Assembly: GCA_964016885.1 (NCBI GenBank)
Contig: OZ024749.1
Coordinates: 28,024,001-28,088,000 of the forward strand
Length of the DNA stretch: 64,000 nt
Direction: 5' to 3'
From: Eledone cirrhosa
Taxonomy: Eukaryota
In this document: piece after piece, positions 51,408-64,000 of the stretch
How the letters are laid out: each line of letters begins with the position of its first letter
Numbering within the stretch: position 1 is the first letter of the stretch
The notes under the pieces: generated by a model
Told to the model about the DNA's origin: nothing
What the model saw: the letters and a program-made list of their open reading frames with translations, nothing else
Database searches by the model: none
Translations under genes and position numbers: made by a program

Positions 51408-51715
51408 TGCCTTTTCGATTTCCATGTGTCTAACACACGTGGACATGCCCACAAAGTAAGAAAACAGCACAGTTCCCATGACTTTCGGAAACATTTTTTC
51501 ACGCTCAGAGTTGCTGAAGCATGGAACAAACTACCTGCATCAGTTGTTAGCTGTCGAGACACTGCATCCTTTAAGGCCTCCATGCTTCCCGAGATCCGCC
51601 AACACTACAGCTAACACATACAAACATGTACTTCCCTGACATTTGTGTATTATTCTATGTACTATATTGACGAGTTGTAGTGCACCTGAGCACTTTACAC
51701 AATAATTTCATTATT
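51408..51715 (+). mobile_element. CR1-group 3' end
   Basis: Nearly identical to ~48730-49045; a shorter third copy lies at ~54863-55025. Confidence 0.9.
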
Positions 51716-51726
51716 ATATATATATA

Positions 51727-52547
51727 TCATCATCATCATCATCATCATCATCATCGTTTAACGTCCATATTCCACGCTTGCATGGGTTTGGACGGGAGTT
51801 TTCCCACTTGAGGCAAGAGTGGTTGTCTTGCTCACATAGGACTGTCTGGCGGGTTTTCTACGGCTGGATGCCCTTCCTAACAATAACCACATTTACAATG
51901 TGGAACTGGGAGGTTTTTACCGTGTTACCTACACAGCCACATTACAGCGTGGACTGTGTGTTTTTTTGTCGTGACACCTACACGACCTCATTTGTTTTGG
52001 CCTGGATGTTGGGGTACCAACATAACTTTACATTGAAAGGGGCGGTGTGGATGGGGTGGGGGTAGTGGGACGGGGATGTATTTTGTTAGAGGTGCCTACT
52101 GACTGTAGTAGGTTTTACTTTGTATTTAGGTAAGGCGGGTCTTCTCTATTACTGAGTACTGCCAAAGATCTCGGTCCAGTGACATTGTCTTGTATATATA
52201 TATATATATATCATCATCATCATCATCACTGTTTTACGTCCGTTCTTCCACGCTAGCATGGGTTAGACGGGTTGTCCTGTTGTGGGCAGTGTCTGGTCGG
52301 CTGACCATGCCTTGCTCATACAGGAACTGATTTGGCTTGATTTCTACAGCTGGATGCCCTTCCTAACACCAACCTCATTTACAGTGAGTGCTGGGTGCTT
52401 TTTCGTGGCGCCTACACGTCCACTTTACAGTGTGGGCTGGGTGCTTTTTTGCCGTGGCACCTCCACGACCATCTTGCGGTGGGGGGTGTGGGGGCATATT
52501 GTCTATATGCTTCAGCTTGTACCCATGGGAGGTCGGGTACTCTGTAT

Positions 52548-52548
<1 letters not shown>
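51727..52548 (-). mobile_element. Two RTE 3' UTR fragments (family A 51727-52192, family B 52212-52548)
   Basis: Homology to 41260-42528 and 55905-57103. Confidence 0.88.
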
Positions 52549-52582
<34 letters not shown>

Positions 52583-52604
52583 ATGTGTGTGTGTGTGTGT
52601 GTAT

Positions 52605-54320
52605 TATCATCATCATCAATCTCATCCTTTTACATCCACTTCTCCATGCTTGCATGAGTTGGCTGGGGTTTTTCCAGCACAGCATTCCCTACATCTACTG
52701 CATTTCTTTACAATCTCCTCTGTCAGTTTCAGCTTTTTGAGATCTGCTCTCACCACTTCTGCCAAGGACTTCCTTGGTCTTCCTCTACTGTAGCTTCCTT
52801 CTATTGGGAACTCGGCCGGGACCAAGAGGTGGTGGGTAAGATAGTTAGAGGTGGAGGATACTTCCCCTTCTTCACCCAACAGTCATCCTCCATACACATC
52901 ACATATCCATACTAGTGCAGTCTTCTCTCTTGCACACCACATTTGATTCCCCTTATATCTAGTTTCTTTCTTAGTCCATCAATGCTTTACTCTTCAGCAC
53001 ATTAACTAAATACATCCACCATAGCATGCTTGCTCCATTTCTCCCCAATTCCTTCATGTCCTCTGCATTTACTGTCCATGTCTCACTTCCATGCACACTG
53101 GCAGGCATCATAGAACCGGCCTTTTGTTCATAGGGAGAAAGTGTTTGCTGTCACTAGAGAAAATAGCACCCTGAACCTTTTCCAGCCTGTTTTTCTTATT
53201 CTAGCTACAATACTTTCAGAGCAACATCCTCAACTACTAATTTGGTTACCTAAGTAACAGAAGCTATCAACTATTTCTATGGAGTTTTCCGAGGAAGTTT
53301 ATTATTATGTTGGGGTAGCTCTTACTACTGATTACCCTTGGGTGTCTCCTACATTTTCCATCTTTTCTGTTGGTCTGTCTGTTATCCCACTACACCACCT
53401 ATGTAAGCATGTTTTATATTGTGAATACTGTACATACAGAGTTCCCACCTATGGCATAGTTAGCATGACCACTTTCCTGATGGAGCCTGAGTCCTGTCTT
53501 CTTTCCTACTTATTAAAGCTTGATCTTTGCCAGGTTTACAAAGTACTTTTGATTCTAAATTCTCTTTCCACTAAAAAAACTTCTTTAGCTCTTCCACAGA
53601 TTCAACAAGAACAATATCATCAGCTTACAGGAGTTTCCATGGATAACATCACTATCATCATCATCCTCGTTTTTACATTCATTTTTCCATGTTGGAATAT
53701 TTTGGCATTTCTTTACCCAGCAATCATTATCGATGTACATCATATGTCTGTACCAATGTTGTCTTCTCTCCTGCGCACCACTTCAGATTCCTCTTAAACC
53801 CAGTTTCTCCCTCAGCTTGTCCAGGCTCTGCCTTTCTCTCACATTTACATTACACATCCAATGAGTGTTTCATTTCTCTCCAGTCTATTCATGTCCTCTC
53901 CAGTCACTGCCCATGTTTCACTATCATGCAGCATTACACTTCACACACAGGCGAGACGAGATACAGCCATCCTTTTATATGTAGGGAGAAAACCTTTTGT
54001 CAGCTCTCTAAACCTTTTCTATCCTATCCTTATTTTAGTTATTATGCTCTCAAAGCACCCTCCTCTACTGCTATTTAGGTCACCTAGAAAGCAGAAGCTA
54101 TCAACTACTTCTATGGATCCTTCATGTGATTGGGTTTTAAACTCTTCTGTTATGGCCTGAATAAACAGAAGCAGGATAATGATGGAGCTTTGATGAACAC
54201 CTACCAGCTCATGGAATTCTTCACTAAACTCATTACAGACTCTCATATTGCTGACTGTACCTCTGTACATGGCTTGCACAGCTTTCACAAACCACAACCT
54301 AATTTCTTTAAGAACCATGT
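52605..54320 (-). mobile_element. Old degenerate RTE fragments
   Basis: RGRPRKSLAEVVRADL; VKAVQAMYRGTVS..VGVHQSS..LLFI; IEVVDSFCFLGD..GGC. Confidence 0.75.
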
Positions 54321-55120
54321 TGTAAAGTAGTTGGCATTAGGAAGGCATTTAACTGTAGAAACCAAACCAAAACAAAATGTACAAGCTGGACCTAGTTACT
54401 TGACCAATCAGGCCTCAGCATGTAACAGTCATCTAACCTATACAAGCACAGAAACTACATGTTAAATGGTGATAATGATGATATATATTCACACATGGAA
54501 AGATGTTTATAGCTGTAGTCATTTTAATTTTAGATTTTATTATTGTGGATTGGCAGTATCGGTAGACTGTTGAACAACATGCTTTGTGGTATATATAGCT
54601 ACCACTTTCTGCACTCTGAGTTCAAATCCTGCTGAGGTCAACTTTACTTTTCATCTTTATGGGGTCAATAAAATAATGTACTGGGGTCGATTTAATCAAC
54701 TTTCTCCTCTTCTCAAATTGTTGGTCTTGTGCCTAAATCCGAAACCATTATTATTGCGCCAAGGTTAGCTTTACCTTTCATCATTACAGGGTTGATAAAA
54801 TAAAATAACGGTAATGCATTGGGGTCTTTGCTTGTCCTATTCTCCTCCTACTCTATTATTATCGAGACACTGCATCCTTTAAGGCCTCCATGCTTCCCGA
54901 GATCCGCCAACACTACAGCTAACACATACAAACATGTACTTCCCTGGCATTTGTGTATTATTCTATGTACTATATTGACGAGTTGTAGTGCACCTGAGCA
55001 CTTTACACAATAATTTCATTATTATTTATATTATTATACCTACAACCAACTCAATTCCAGCCACGTAACAAATAGATGATATCACACCAGCAGTACAGCT
55101 GTCATTATATATATATATAT

Positions 55121-55510
55121 AACTGTTTCTACTTTAGGCACAACGCCTGCAATTACCCAGTGCATTACTGGTACTTTTATTTTATCGACCCCGTAAGGAT
55201 GAAAGGCAAAGTCAACCTCGGCAGGATTTGAACTCAGATCGTAAAGGGACGTAACTATGCTGGAAAGAATGTCCGTCCCTCTACCGATACTGCCAATCCA
55301 CCGCCATATATATATATAACGGAGGTGGATTGGCAGTATCGGTAGAGAGTTGGACGCCATGCTTTCCAGCATAGTTACGTCCCTTTACGGTCTGAGTTCA
55401 AATCCCGCCGAGGTTGACTTTGCCTTTCATCCTTACGAGGTCGATAAAATAAAGTACCAGTAATGCACTGGGTAATTGCTGGCCTTGTGCCTAAAGTAGA
55501 AACAATTATA
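55121..55510. mobile_element. Head-to-head pair of second-family SINEs
   Basis: Minus copy 55121-55305 and plus copy 55321-55510, separated by a short (TA)n. Confidence 0.88.
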
Positions 55511-55514
55511 TATG

Positions 55515-55857
55515 AAGGCACATGGCTTAGTGGTTAGAGTATTGGCCTTGCAATCGAAAGGTTGTGAGTTCAATTCTCAGACCGGGTGATGTGTTGTTTC
55601 CTTGAGCAAGACACTTTATTTCACATTGCTCCAGTTTACTCAGCTGTAGAAATGAGATGATAGGGACTGGGGTCCCTATCGTTCCACTGCAAAGTGGATG
55701 TGTAGGCGCCATGGCAAAAAAGCACCCAGCACTCACTGTAAATGAGGTTGGTGTTAGGAAGGGCATCCAGCTGTAGAAATCAAGCCAGAATCAGTTCCCG
55801 TCCCACCCTTGCAAGCAGGGAAAAGCGGACGTAAAATGATGATGATGATGATGATGA
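55515..55857 (+). mobile_element. tRNA-CORE SINE, short tail
   Basis: Same family as 9708-10053. Confidence 0.88.
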
Positions 55858-55904
55858 TATATATATATAGTGTATATATATAGTGTATATAAATACAGTG
55901 TGTA

Positions 55905-57103
55905 TCATCATCATCATCATCATCACCGTTTTACGTCCGTTCTTCCATGCTAGCATGGGTTAGATGGGTTGTACTGTTGTGGGCAGTGTCTGGTCGGCTG
56001 ACCATGCCTTGCTCATACAGGAACTGATTTGGCTTGATTTCTACAGCTGGATGCCCTTCCTAACACCAACCTCGTTTACAGTGAGTGCTGGGTGCTTTTT
56101 CGTGGCGCCTACACGTCCACTTTACAGTGTGGGCTGGGTGCTTTTTTGCCGTGGCACATCCACGACCACCTTGCGGTGGGGGGTGTGGGGGCATATTGTC
56201 TATATGCTTCAGCTTGTACCCATGGGAGGTCGGGTACTCTGTATTACTGCGTGACGCCAGAAGTCACGGTCGTGTGTCATTGCCTTTGAGAGGTGTAATT
56301 GGGTAAGGTCGGCTTTTATCACCTCATCCCAGGTCATCTTGGGTCTCCCCACTCCGCGGTTTCCATCAACTTCTAGTGCTCTGCACCTTTCTATGCAGCT
56401 GTCATCCTTCATACGCATCACATGTCCATACCAGCGCAACCGCCTCTCCTGCACACAGCATTTGATTCCTCTTATGCTCAGTCTCTCTCTCAATTCATTT
56501 ATGCTTTGTTGTTCACGTATATTACTGTTACACATCCATCAGAGCATGCAGGCTTCGTTTCTCTCTAATCTACGTAAGTCTTCCACCTTCAGCGCCCAGG
56601 TCTCACTACCATGCAACATTGCTGTTCGGATACACGCATCATACAGTCTGCCTTTCATTCTGAGGGAGAAGCCTTTTGCAGCTAGCAGTGGTAGTAGTTC
56701 CCTAAACTTCTTCCATCCCGTTCTTACCCTAGTTATTGTACTTTCTGAACACCCACCTCCGCTGCTAATTCGGTCACCTAGGTAGCAGAAGCTGTCTACT
56801 GTTTCTACAGTGCCCTCCCAGAGGTTGGTGGTACTTGTTTCCTGTGGCTGTTTGCTGCTTGCTGTCCCAGCACAGCTGCTGCATGTGAAGCCTACATTCT
56901 TAATTAAGCTTCCTGAGATCCCGCTACATCTCTTGTGTACCCATTGTTTGCATTTGGGGCAGAGAATGGAGTTCCTACCTACACCTTTCCTACATACTGA
57001 GCAAGGCCATTTCCCTGGGGGGATCTGGGTTCTGTTTTCTCGTCTACTTACAAGGACCTTAGTCTTTGTCATGTTGACTTTGAGACCCTTTCTTTCTAGT
57101 CCC
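55905..57103 (-). mobile_element. 5'-truncated RTE family B LINE with a PHD-type finger
   Basis: KGLKVNMTKTKVLV..CSVC..CPKC..HKRC..CSSC..GSETW..RLRWYGHV; one stop near 56539. Confidence 0.95.
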
Positions 57104-57209
57104 TATATATGTGTGCATGTGTCTGAGATGTTAAATGATGATGATGCTATATATATATAGTGTATATAAATATAGTGTGTGTGTATATATATATATAGTG
57201 TATATAAAT

Positions 57210-57249
<40 letters not shown>

Positions 57250-57449
57250 GTGTATATAAATATAGTGTGTGTGTATGTGTATATATATATGTGTGTGTGT
57301 ATATATATATATGTGTGTGTGTGCGTATGTGAGACGTTAAATGGTGATGATATATATATTTATAAACGATCATGATGAGTGTATATAAATATACTGGGTA
57401 TATATATATATGTGTGTGTGAGAGACGTTAAATGGTGATGATGATGATG

Positions 57450-57477
<28 letters not shown>

Positions 57478-57480
<3 letters not shown>

Positions 57481-58710
57481 AAAGTTCTAGTTTGTAGGAA
57501 AGAAAATAAGGCGGCGGTCCCTTCTGGGAAATGGCCATGCTCAGTGTGTAGGAAAGGCGTAGGTAGAAACTCCATTTTATGTCCCAAATGCAAAGTATGG
57601 GTGCATAAAAGATGTAGTGGGATCACAGGTAAGCTAACTAAGAACATAGATTTTACATGTGGCCGGTGCTCTGGTGCAATAAGTAGCAGCAAGTGCCCAC
57701 AAAATACTAGCTCTTTCAATTGTGCAGAGGGTTCTATAGAAATAGTGGACAGCTTCCGTTACCTGGGCGATAAAATCAGCAGTGGGGGAGGGTGCTCTGA
57801 AAGTACAGTAGCTAGAGTCAGAACTGGATGGAAAAAGTTCAGAGAGCTTATGCCACTATTAGCTGCTAAAGGGTTCTCCCTAAAAATGAAAGGCAGGTTG
57901 TATGATGCCTGCATACGAACAGCAATGTTGCATGGCAGTGAGACCTGGGCATTGTGTGCAGAGGATATACGCAGACTAGAGAGGAACGAAGCTTGCATGC
58001 TCCGCTGGATGTGTAACAGTAATATACGTGAACGGCAAAGCATAAACGAACTAAGGAAAAAATTAGAAATAAGAGGGATAAGATGTTGTTTACTCGAGAG
58101 AAGGCTACGTTGGTATGGACACGTGATGCGCATGAAAGTCGATAGCTGTATAACAAAGTGCAGGGCAATAAAGATAGATGGTAGCCACGGAATAGGCAGA
58201 CCTAGAAAAACCTGGGACGAGCTGATAAACTCCGACCTCACACACTTACACCTCTCCAAGACAATGTCACTGGACCGAGACCTTTGGCGGTACTCAGTAA
58301 CAGAGAAGACCCGTCTTACCTAAATACATAGTAAAACCTACTACAGCCAGTAGGCATCTCTAACAAATACACCCCGTCCCACCACCCCCACCCCATCCAC
58401 ACCACCCCGTTCTATGTAAAGTTATGTTGGTACCGCGCCATCCAGGCCGAAACAAATGAGATCGTGTAGGTGTCACGACAAAAAACACACAGTCCACGCT
58501 GTAATGTGGCCGTGTAGGCAACACGGTAAAAACCTTCCAGACCCACACTGTAAATGTGGTTGGTGTTAGGAAGGGCATCCAACTGTAGAAAACCTGCCAG
58601 ACTGTCCTATGCGAGCAAGACAATCACTCTTGCCTCAAGTGGGAATACCCCCGTCCAAACCCATGCAAGCGTGGAACACGGACGTTAAACGTTGATGATG
58701 ATGATGATGA
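57478..58710 (+). mobile_element. 5'-truncated RTE family A LINE, frame intact
   Basis: Open frame from TKVLV to 58323; 3' UTR; (GAT)n. Confidence 0.95.
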
Positions 58711-58767
58711 CACACATATAGAGTGTATGTGTGTATATATATATGTATATATATACACATATAGAGT

Positions 58768-59107
58768 CATCATCATCATCATGATTTCATTTTACGTCCG
58801 CTTTTCCCTGCTTGCAAGGGTGGGACGGGAACTGGTTCTGGCTTGATTTCTACAGCTGGATGCCCTCCTAACACCAACCTCATTTACAGTGAGTGCTGGG
58901 TGCTTTTTTGCCGTGGCACCTTCACGACCACTTTGCAGTGGAATGATAGGGACCCCAGTCCCTATCATCTCATTTTCTACAGCTGAGTAAACTGGAGCAA
59001 TGTGAAATAAAGTGTCTTGCTCAAGGAAACAACACATCACCCGGTCTGAGAATTGAACTCACAACCTTTCGATTGCAAGGCCAATGCTCTAACCACTAAG
59101 CCATGTG
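58768..59107 (-). mobile_element. tRNA-CORE SINE, short tail
   Basis: Same family as 9708-10053. Confidence 0.88.
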
Positions 59108-59934
59108 TTAAATGATGATGATGCTATATATATATAGTGTATATAAATATAGTGTGTGTGTATATATATATATATATATAGTGTATATAAATATAGTGTG
59201 TGTGTGTGTGTGTGTATATATATATGTGTGTGTGTGTGTATATATATATATGTGTGTGTGTGTGTATGTGAGACGTTAAATGGTGATGATATATATATTT
59301 ATAAACGATCATGATGATGATGAGTGTATATAAATATACTGGGTATGTGTATATATATATATCAGCTGTACAGTATGTTACAGTGTCATGGAGCCGAGTA
59401 TTAAAGTATATTATGTAACTGTTGTCTCATTAAATATTAATACCTTTCATAGACAGATGTAATGTCTGTTTGTCACACAAACAAACTGTTTATTAAGGCA
59501 GTATTTGTAACAGTTTACTGTAAATCAATGAACACCTACCTCCATCTCTCTCTCTCCTTCCCTCCCTACCTCATTATCTCCCTCTCTACCTCCTTCTCTC
59601 TCTCTCCGTCCTTCTCTACCTCCTTCTCTCTCTCTCTCTCCGTCCTTCTCTACCTCCTTCTCTCTCTCTCTCTCTTTCCCATTCCTAGCTTCTTTTCTCT
59701 TTCCTTCCTTCCATCTCTTCCTCCTGCTCTCCTTCCCTGCTTCCTTATCTCCCCCCTGTCCCCCCCCCTGTATACCCCTTCTCTCTCTCCTTCCCTACCT
59801 CTTTCTCTCCCCTCACCTTCTCTCACACACTCTCTCTCTCTTTCCTTCCTCCCCACTTTCTCCCTGCCACCTGCCTTCCACCCTTATGTTTGTCCTGCAG
59901 TCATTTACAGCTTGTAGTTTTGTCAAAAACGCCA

Positions 59935-61337
59935 TTAACCCTTCTTTACCATATTACCATATTTCTGTTGAAAACTGTTGCGTGTGTGTGTGTATATATA
60001 TATGTGTGTGTATGTGTATATATATATAACCGTTTCTAATTAATTATGAAAATAATCAAGACTTTAGTGAGATTTGTATTATAACTAACTTTATCATGAT
60101 TAAGCTGGTATTAGGAACATATCTTAACATAAAAATATTATGGAAGATTTTTAGATAAATATAAACACACTTTAACATATACAGCTTTGTATTTTAGAAC
60201 CCGTGGTGGTTTCAGGTGGTATGGAACATAACTTAACAAAGGTTTTTACACAAAATTATGATGGTTTCTGATTTTAGGCACAAAGTCAACAATTTTGGGG
60301 GAGGGGCCAGTCGATGAATTGACCCCAGTGCATTACTGGTACTTTATCGACCTCGTAAGGATGAAAGGCAAAGCAACCTTTGAACTCAGATTTGAACTCA
60401 GAATGTAAAGGCTCATAACTCTATGCCACAAAGCATGGTGTTTGATGCTCTACCGATTCTGCCAAACCCCCGTTTTTACATATAATTATTATGGCAGGTT
60501 TTTAGATAAATACAAACACATTAACACATACAGCTTTGTATTATAAAACCAGCAGTGGTTTCAGGGGGGTTCGGAACATAACTTAATATAGGTCCTTATA
60601 TAATTATGTTGGAATATTTTTAGATAAATATAAACACTTTAAAACAAACTGTTTTATATCATAGAATCAGCAGTGGTTTCAAGTGATATGGAACATAACT
60701 AAACCAAGATTCTTATATAAAATTATGTTGGAAGGTTTTTAGATATATATAAACACTTTAAAAGAAACAGTTTTGTATCATGAACCAGGGGTGGTTTCAG
60801 ACAAACAGTTTAGCATCAAAAGTGTTAATGTGATAGTATGTTTGTTAGTAAATTATGTGACAGCTATTGTTGGCTTCTAAATCTTGATCTGGCTTTCGTT
60901 ATTCTTCACCATGTAGGCTCTGTAGTAAACTTCCAGTGGTGGTTGTTACCAAGAACACAACCAAACAAGAAAATACATAAAATTATGATGGAAGATTTTT
61001 AGTTAAATATAAACATTTTAAAATTAGCAGTTTTATATCAGAGAACCATGGATGGTTTCAGGTGGTTTGAGATCAAAAGTGCTAACCCTTTTGAGATTAT
61101 CCCAGCCCAAACTGACTCTGGTTCTATGAAACAAAACCAACCATTTTAAAGAGTTCTTCTTTAAATTAAAATCTTCTTATATAGAAGATATGTAGCTCAT
61201 CTCTCGAACTTTAAGTGCTGAGAATATAAAGTTAACATAAAGAAGGTTGTGTTCATGTGTAGAGATGCTGTAAAACATCTATATATAAATGTGAGTCACT
61301 TCTGTGGTTTCGGTGGTTTTGGTATCAAAAGGGTTAA
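59935..61337. mobile_element. piggyBac-type MITEs (59935-60828 with internal ~120-bp tandem repeats and a SINE insertion; 61083-61337)
   Basis: TTAACCCTT..AAAAG(T/G)GTTAA termini; repeated AATTATGTTGGAAGGTTTTTAGATAAATATAAACAC..GTGGTTTCAG. Confidence 0.6.
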
Positions 61338-61804
61338 GATAATAAAATAATTAAAAAACTCTTTTCATTACCATGACTACTATTATCACCAATATCATTG
61401 TCACCATCCTCATCATTCTCATAATTATTATCACCATTAACATCATCATTGTTATCACCATAACCACTACCACAAGCACTATACATACATACCCTAAGGT
61501 GGTAGTGCTGATGTCATGACAATAAACACCCAATCCACCCTGTAAAAGTGGTAGTGCCGAAGTCGTGATGAAATGCTCATAGTTCATACTGTAAAGTGGT
61601 TGGTGTTAGGAAGGGCATCTAGCTGTAGAAACCAAACTAAAACAAAATGTACAAGCAAGACCTAGTCGCATGACCTCAGCACGTGACCACTGTCTAACCT
61701 ATACAAGCACAAAAAATAGATGTTAAATGGTGATGATGATGATATATATTCACACATGGAAAGATGTTTATAGCTGTGGTAATTATAATTTTAGATTTTA
61801 TTAT

Positions 61805-63524
61805 TGTGGATTGGCAGTATCGGTAGACTGTTGAACAACATGCTTTGTGGCATATAGTTATTACTTTCTATGTTCCGAGTTCAAATCCTGCTGAGGTCAA
61901 CTTTAACTTTCATCTTTATGGGGTCAATAAAATAAAGTACCAATAATGCACTGGGTAGAAATAATCGACTTTCTCCTCTGCCAAATTTTTTGGTTTTGTG
62001 CTTAAATCAGAAACCATTATTATCCTGCTGAGGTTAGCTTTGCTTTTCACCCTTACGGGGTCAATAAAATAAAGTTCTAGTCACAGACTGGGGTCGATTT
62101 AATCAACTTTATCTTCACCCCAAATTACTGACCTTGTGCCTAAAGCAGAAACCATTATTTTCATCATCATCATGGCGGTGGATTGGCAGTATCGGTAGAG
62201 GGTCGGACGCCATGCTTTGGCATATAGAGTTACGGCCCTTGCTATTCTGAGTTCAAATCCCGCCAAGGTTAACTTTGCCTTTCATCCTTACGGGGTCGAT
62301 AAAATAAAGTACCAGTAATGCACTGGGTAATTGCTGGCCTTGTGCCAAAACGTAGAAACAATTATTATCATCATCATCGATATATGTCTCTCTCACTCTC
62401 TGTTTCCAATGCTGATATGAGTTGGATGGGTGATTACAAGCCAAGTCAGTACTTATCATAACTACTGTCCTCCTTGCTCAATACTTTCTCTGTTTTACCT
62501 TCAAGACAGACATTTTAAATAGGATATTACTTTCTCTCACAATAGATTATATAAAAAGTAGGTAAGGTTTTATAAATGAGAATTTATGTGACTGCAACAG
62601 ATGAGTAGAAACAATTAAATCATTATATTATTACCATCATCCTCCTGAGGTTAGCTTTGCATTTCATCCTTCTAGGGTCGATAAAATATAGTACCAGTAA
62701 CACTCTGGGGTAGATTTAATTGACACCCCCCCTCCCAAATTGTTGGCCTTGTGCCTAAATCAGAAACCATTATTATTTTTACCATATTGGCAGTATCGGT
62801 AGAGGGTCGGACACCATGCTTTCCAGCATAGTTACGTCCCTTTACGATCTGAGTTCAAATCCCGCCGAGGTTGACTTTGCCTTTCATCCTTACGGGGTCG
62901 ATAAAATAAAGTACCAGTAATGCACTGGGTAATTGCTGGCCTTGTGCCTCAAGTAGAAACAATTATTATTTTTACCATAATCCTTCCAAGGTTAGCTTTG
63001 CCTTTCATCCGTTACGGGGTTGATAAAATATAGTACCAGTAACACCAAATCAAAATAGAGATCCATGTGAGCAAGACATTGTCTCTGGATCTGACTTGTC
63101 CCATAACATGACAAACTGTCTAACTCATGCAAGTATGGAAAAACAGACGTTAAATGATGATGGTTGTATAGTAATAACAATTACGAAGACCAAAATCTAA
63201 AGAAGATTCTCTAAACGTTAATGTGTACTAATGATAAATATGTACATATATATAAATATATATATATATATAATTGTTTCTACTTTTGGCACAAGGCCAG
63301 CAATTACCCAGTGCATTACTGGTACTTTATTTTATCGACCCCGTAAGGATGAAAGGCAAAGTTAACCTCGGCGGGATTTGAACTCAGAATGGCAAGGGCC
63401 GTAACTCTATGCATCAAAGCATGGCATCCAACCCTCTACCGATACTGCCAATTCACCGCCCGAATATATATATATATATAATGCCATAAAAAGGATGTAA
63501 AATGGTGATGATGATATCAGATAA

Positions 63525-63600
<76 letters not shown>

Positions 63601-63785
63601 ATTCACTCACTCACAAGTATAATTGTTTCTACTTTTTGGCACAAGGCCAGCAATTACCCAGTGCATTACTGGTACTTTATTTTATCGACCCCCGTAAGGA
63701 TGAAAGGCAAACTTAACCTCGACGGGATTTGAACTCAGAATGGAAAAGGCCATAACTCTATGCGTCAAAACATGATGTCCGACTC
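61805..63785. mobile_element. Dense cluster of second-family SINEs (+ 61805-62020, 62175-62370, 62787-62965 and partial copies; - 63272-63460, 63620-63785)
   Basis: Homology to 17556-17745. Confidence 0.85.
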
Positions 63786-64000
63786 CAATGAGTCTCACAT
63801 CTATTTTGACATACAAGGGTCCAACAATTAGGTTTACTTTTCCTTCTAGTTAATGGTTTGCAGACATGACCATAGACAGGACATGAGAGATGTCTGTTAT
63901 ACAGAGTGGTTAACACATTAGATAAATCTTTGGCTTTGCTCTCAAATCTTTAAGATGATCTAGTCTGCTTATTTCAAAATTTTTATGGCTTTATAACAGG

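Overview
This is AT-rich animal genomic DNA, most likely octopus or another coleoid cephalopod (inferred from the mix of (TA)n/(CA)n/(GAT)n microsatellites, tRNA-CORE SINEs with RTE tails and CR1-group LINEs). The only host coding sequence I can recognise is the first coding exon of a DOCK-D/Zizimin (DOCK9/10/11-type) Cdc42 GEF on the minus strand at 432..334. It is preceded by two uORFs and a YY1-type motif, and the gene runs out of the left edge. The remaining ~63 kb is repeat-dominated: truncated RTE, CR1-group, Tx1/L1 and R4/Dong-like LINE fragments, two or three SINE families, Tc1/pogo and piggyBac-type MITEs, and several minisatellites. The least explained signal is a set of at least nine non-coding fold-back elements, mostly bounded by (TA)n. 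Several carry or lie next to hammerhead-ribozyme-like cores, and in one the inversion breakpoint falls at the predicted self-cleavage site, suggesting a non-autonomous Penelope-like/retrozyme-like system. Other points are a PHD finger inside the RTE ORF2, SINE tail swapping, ~50-bp duplications bracketing simple-sequence blocks, and unconfirmed short exons. TE boundaries were read by eye and are approximate; family names come from motif recognition, not database searches.
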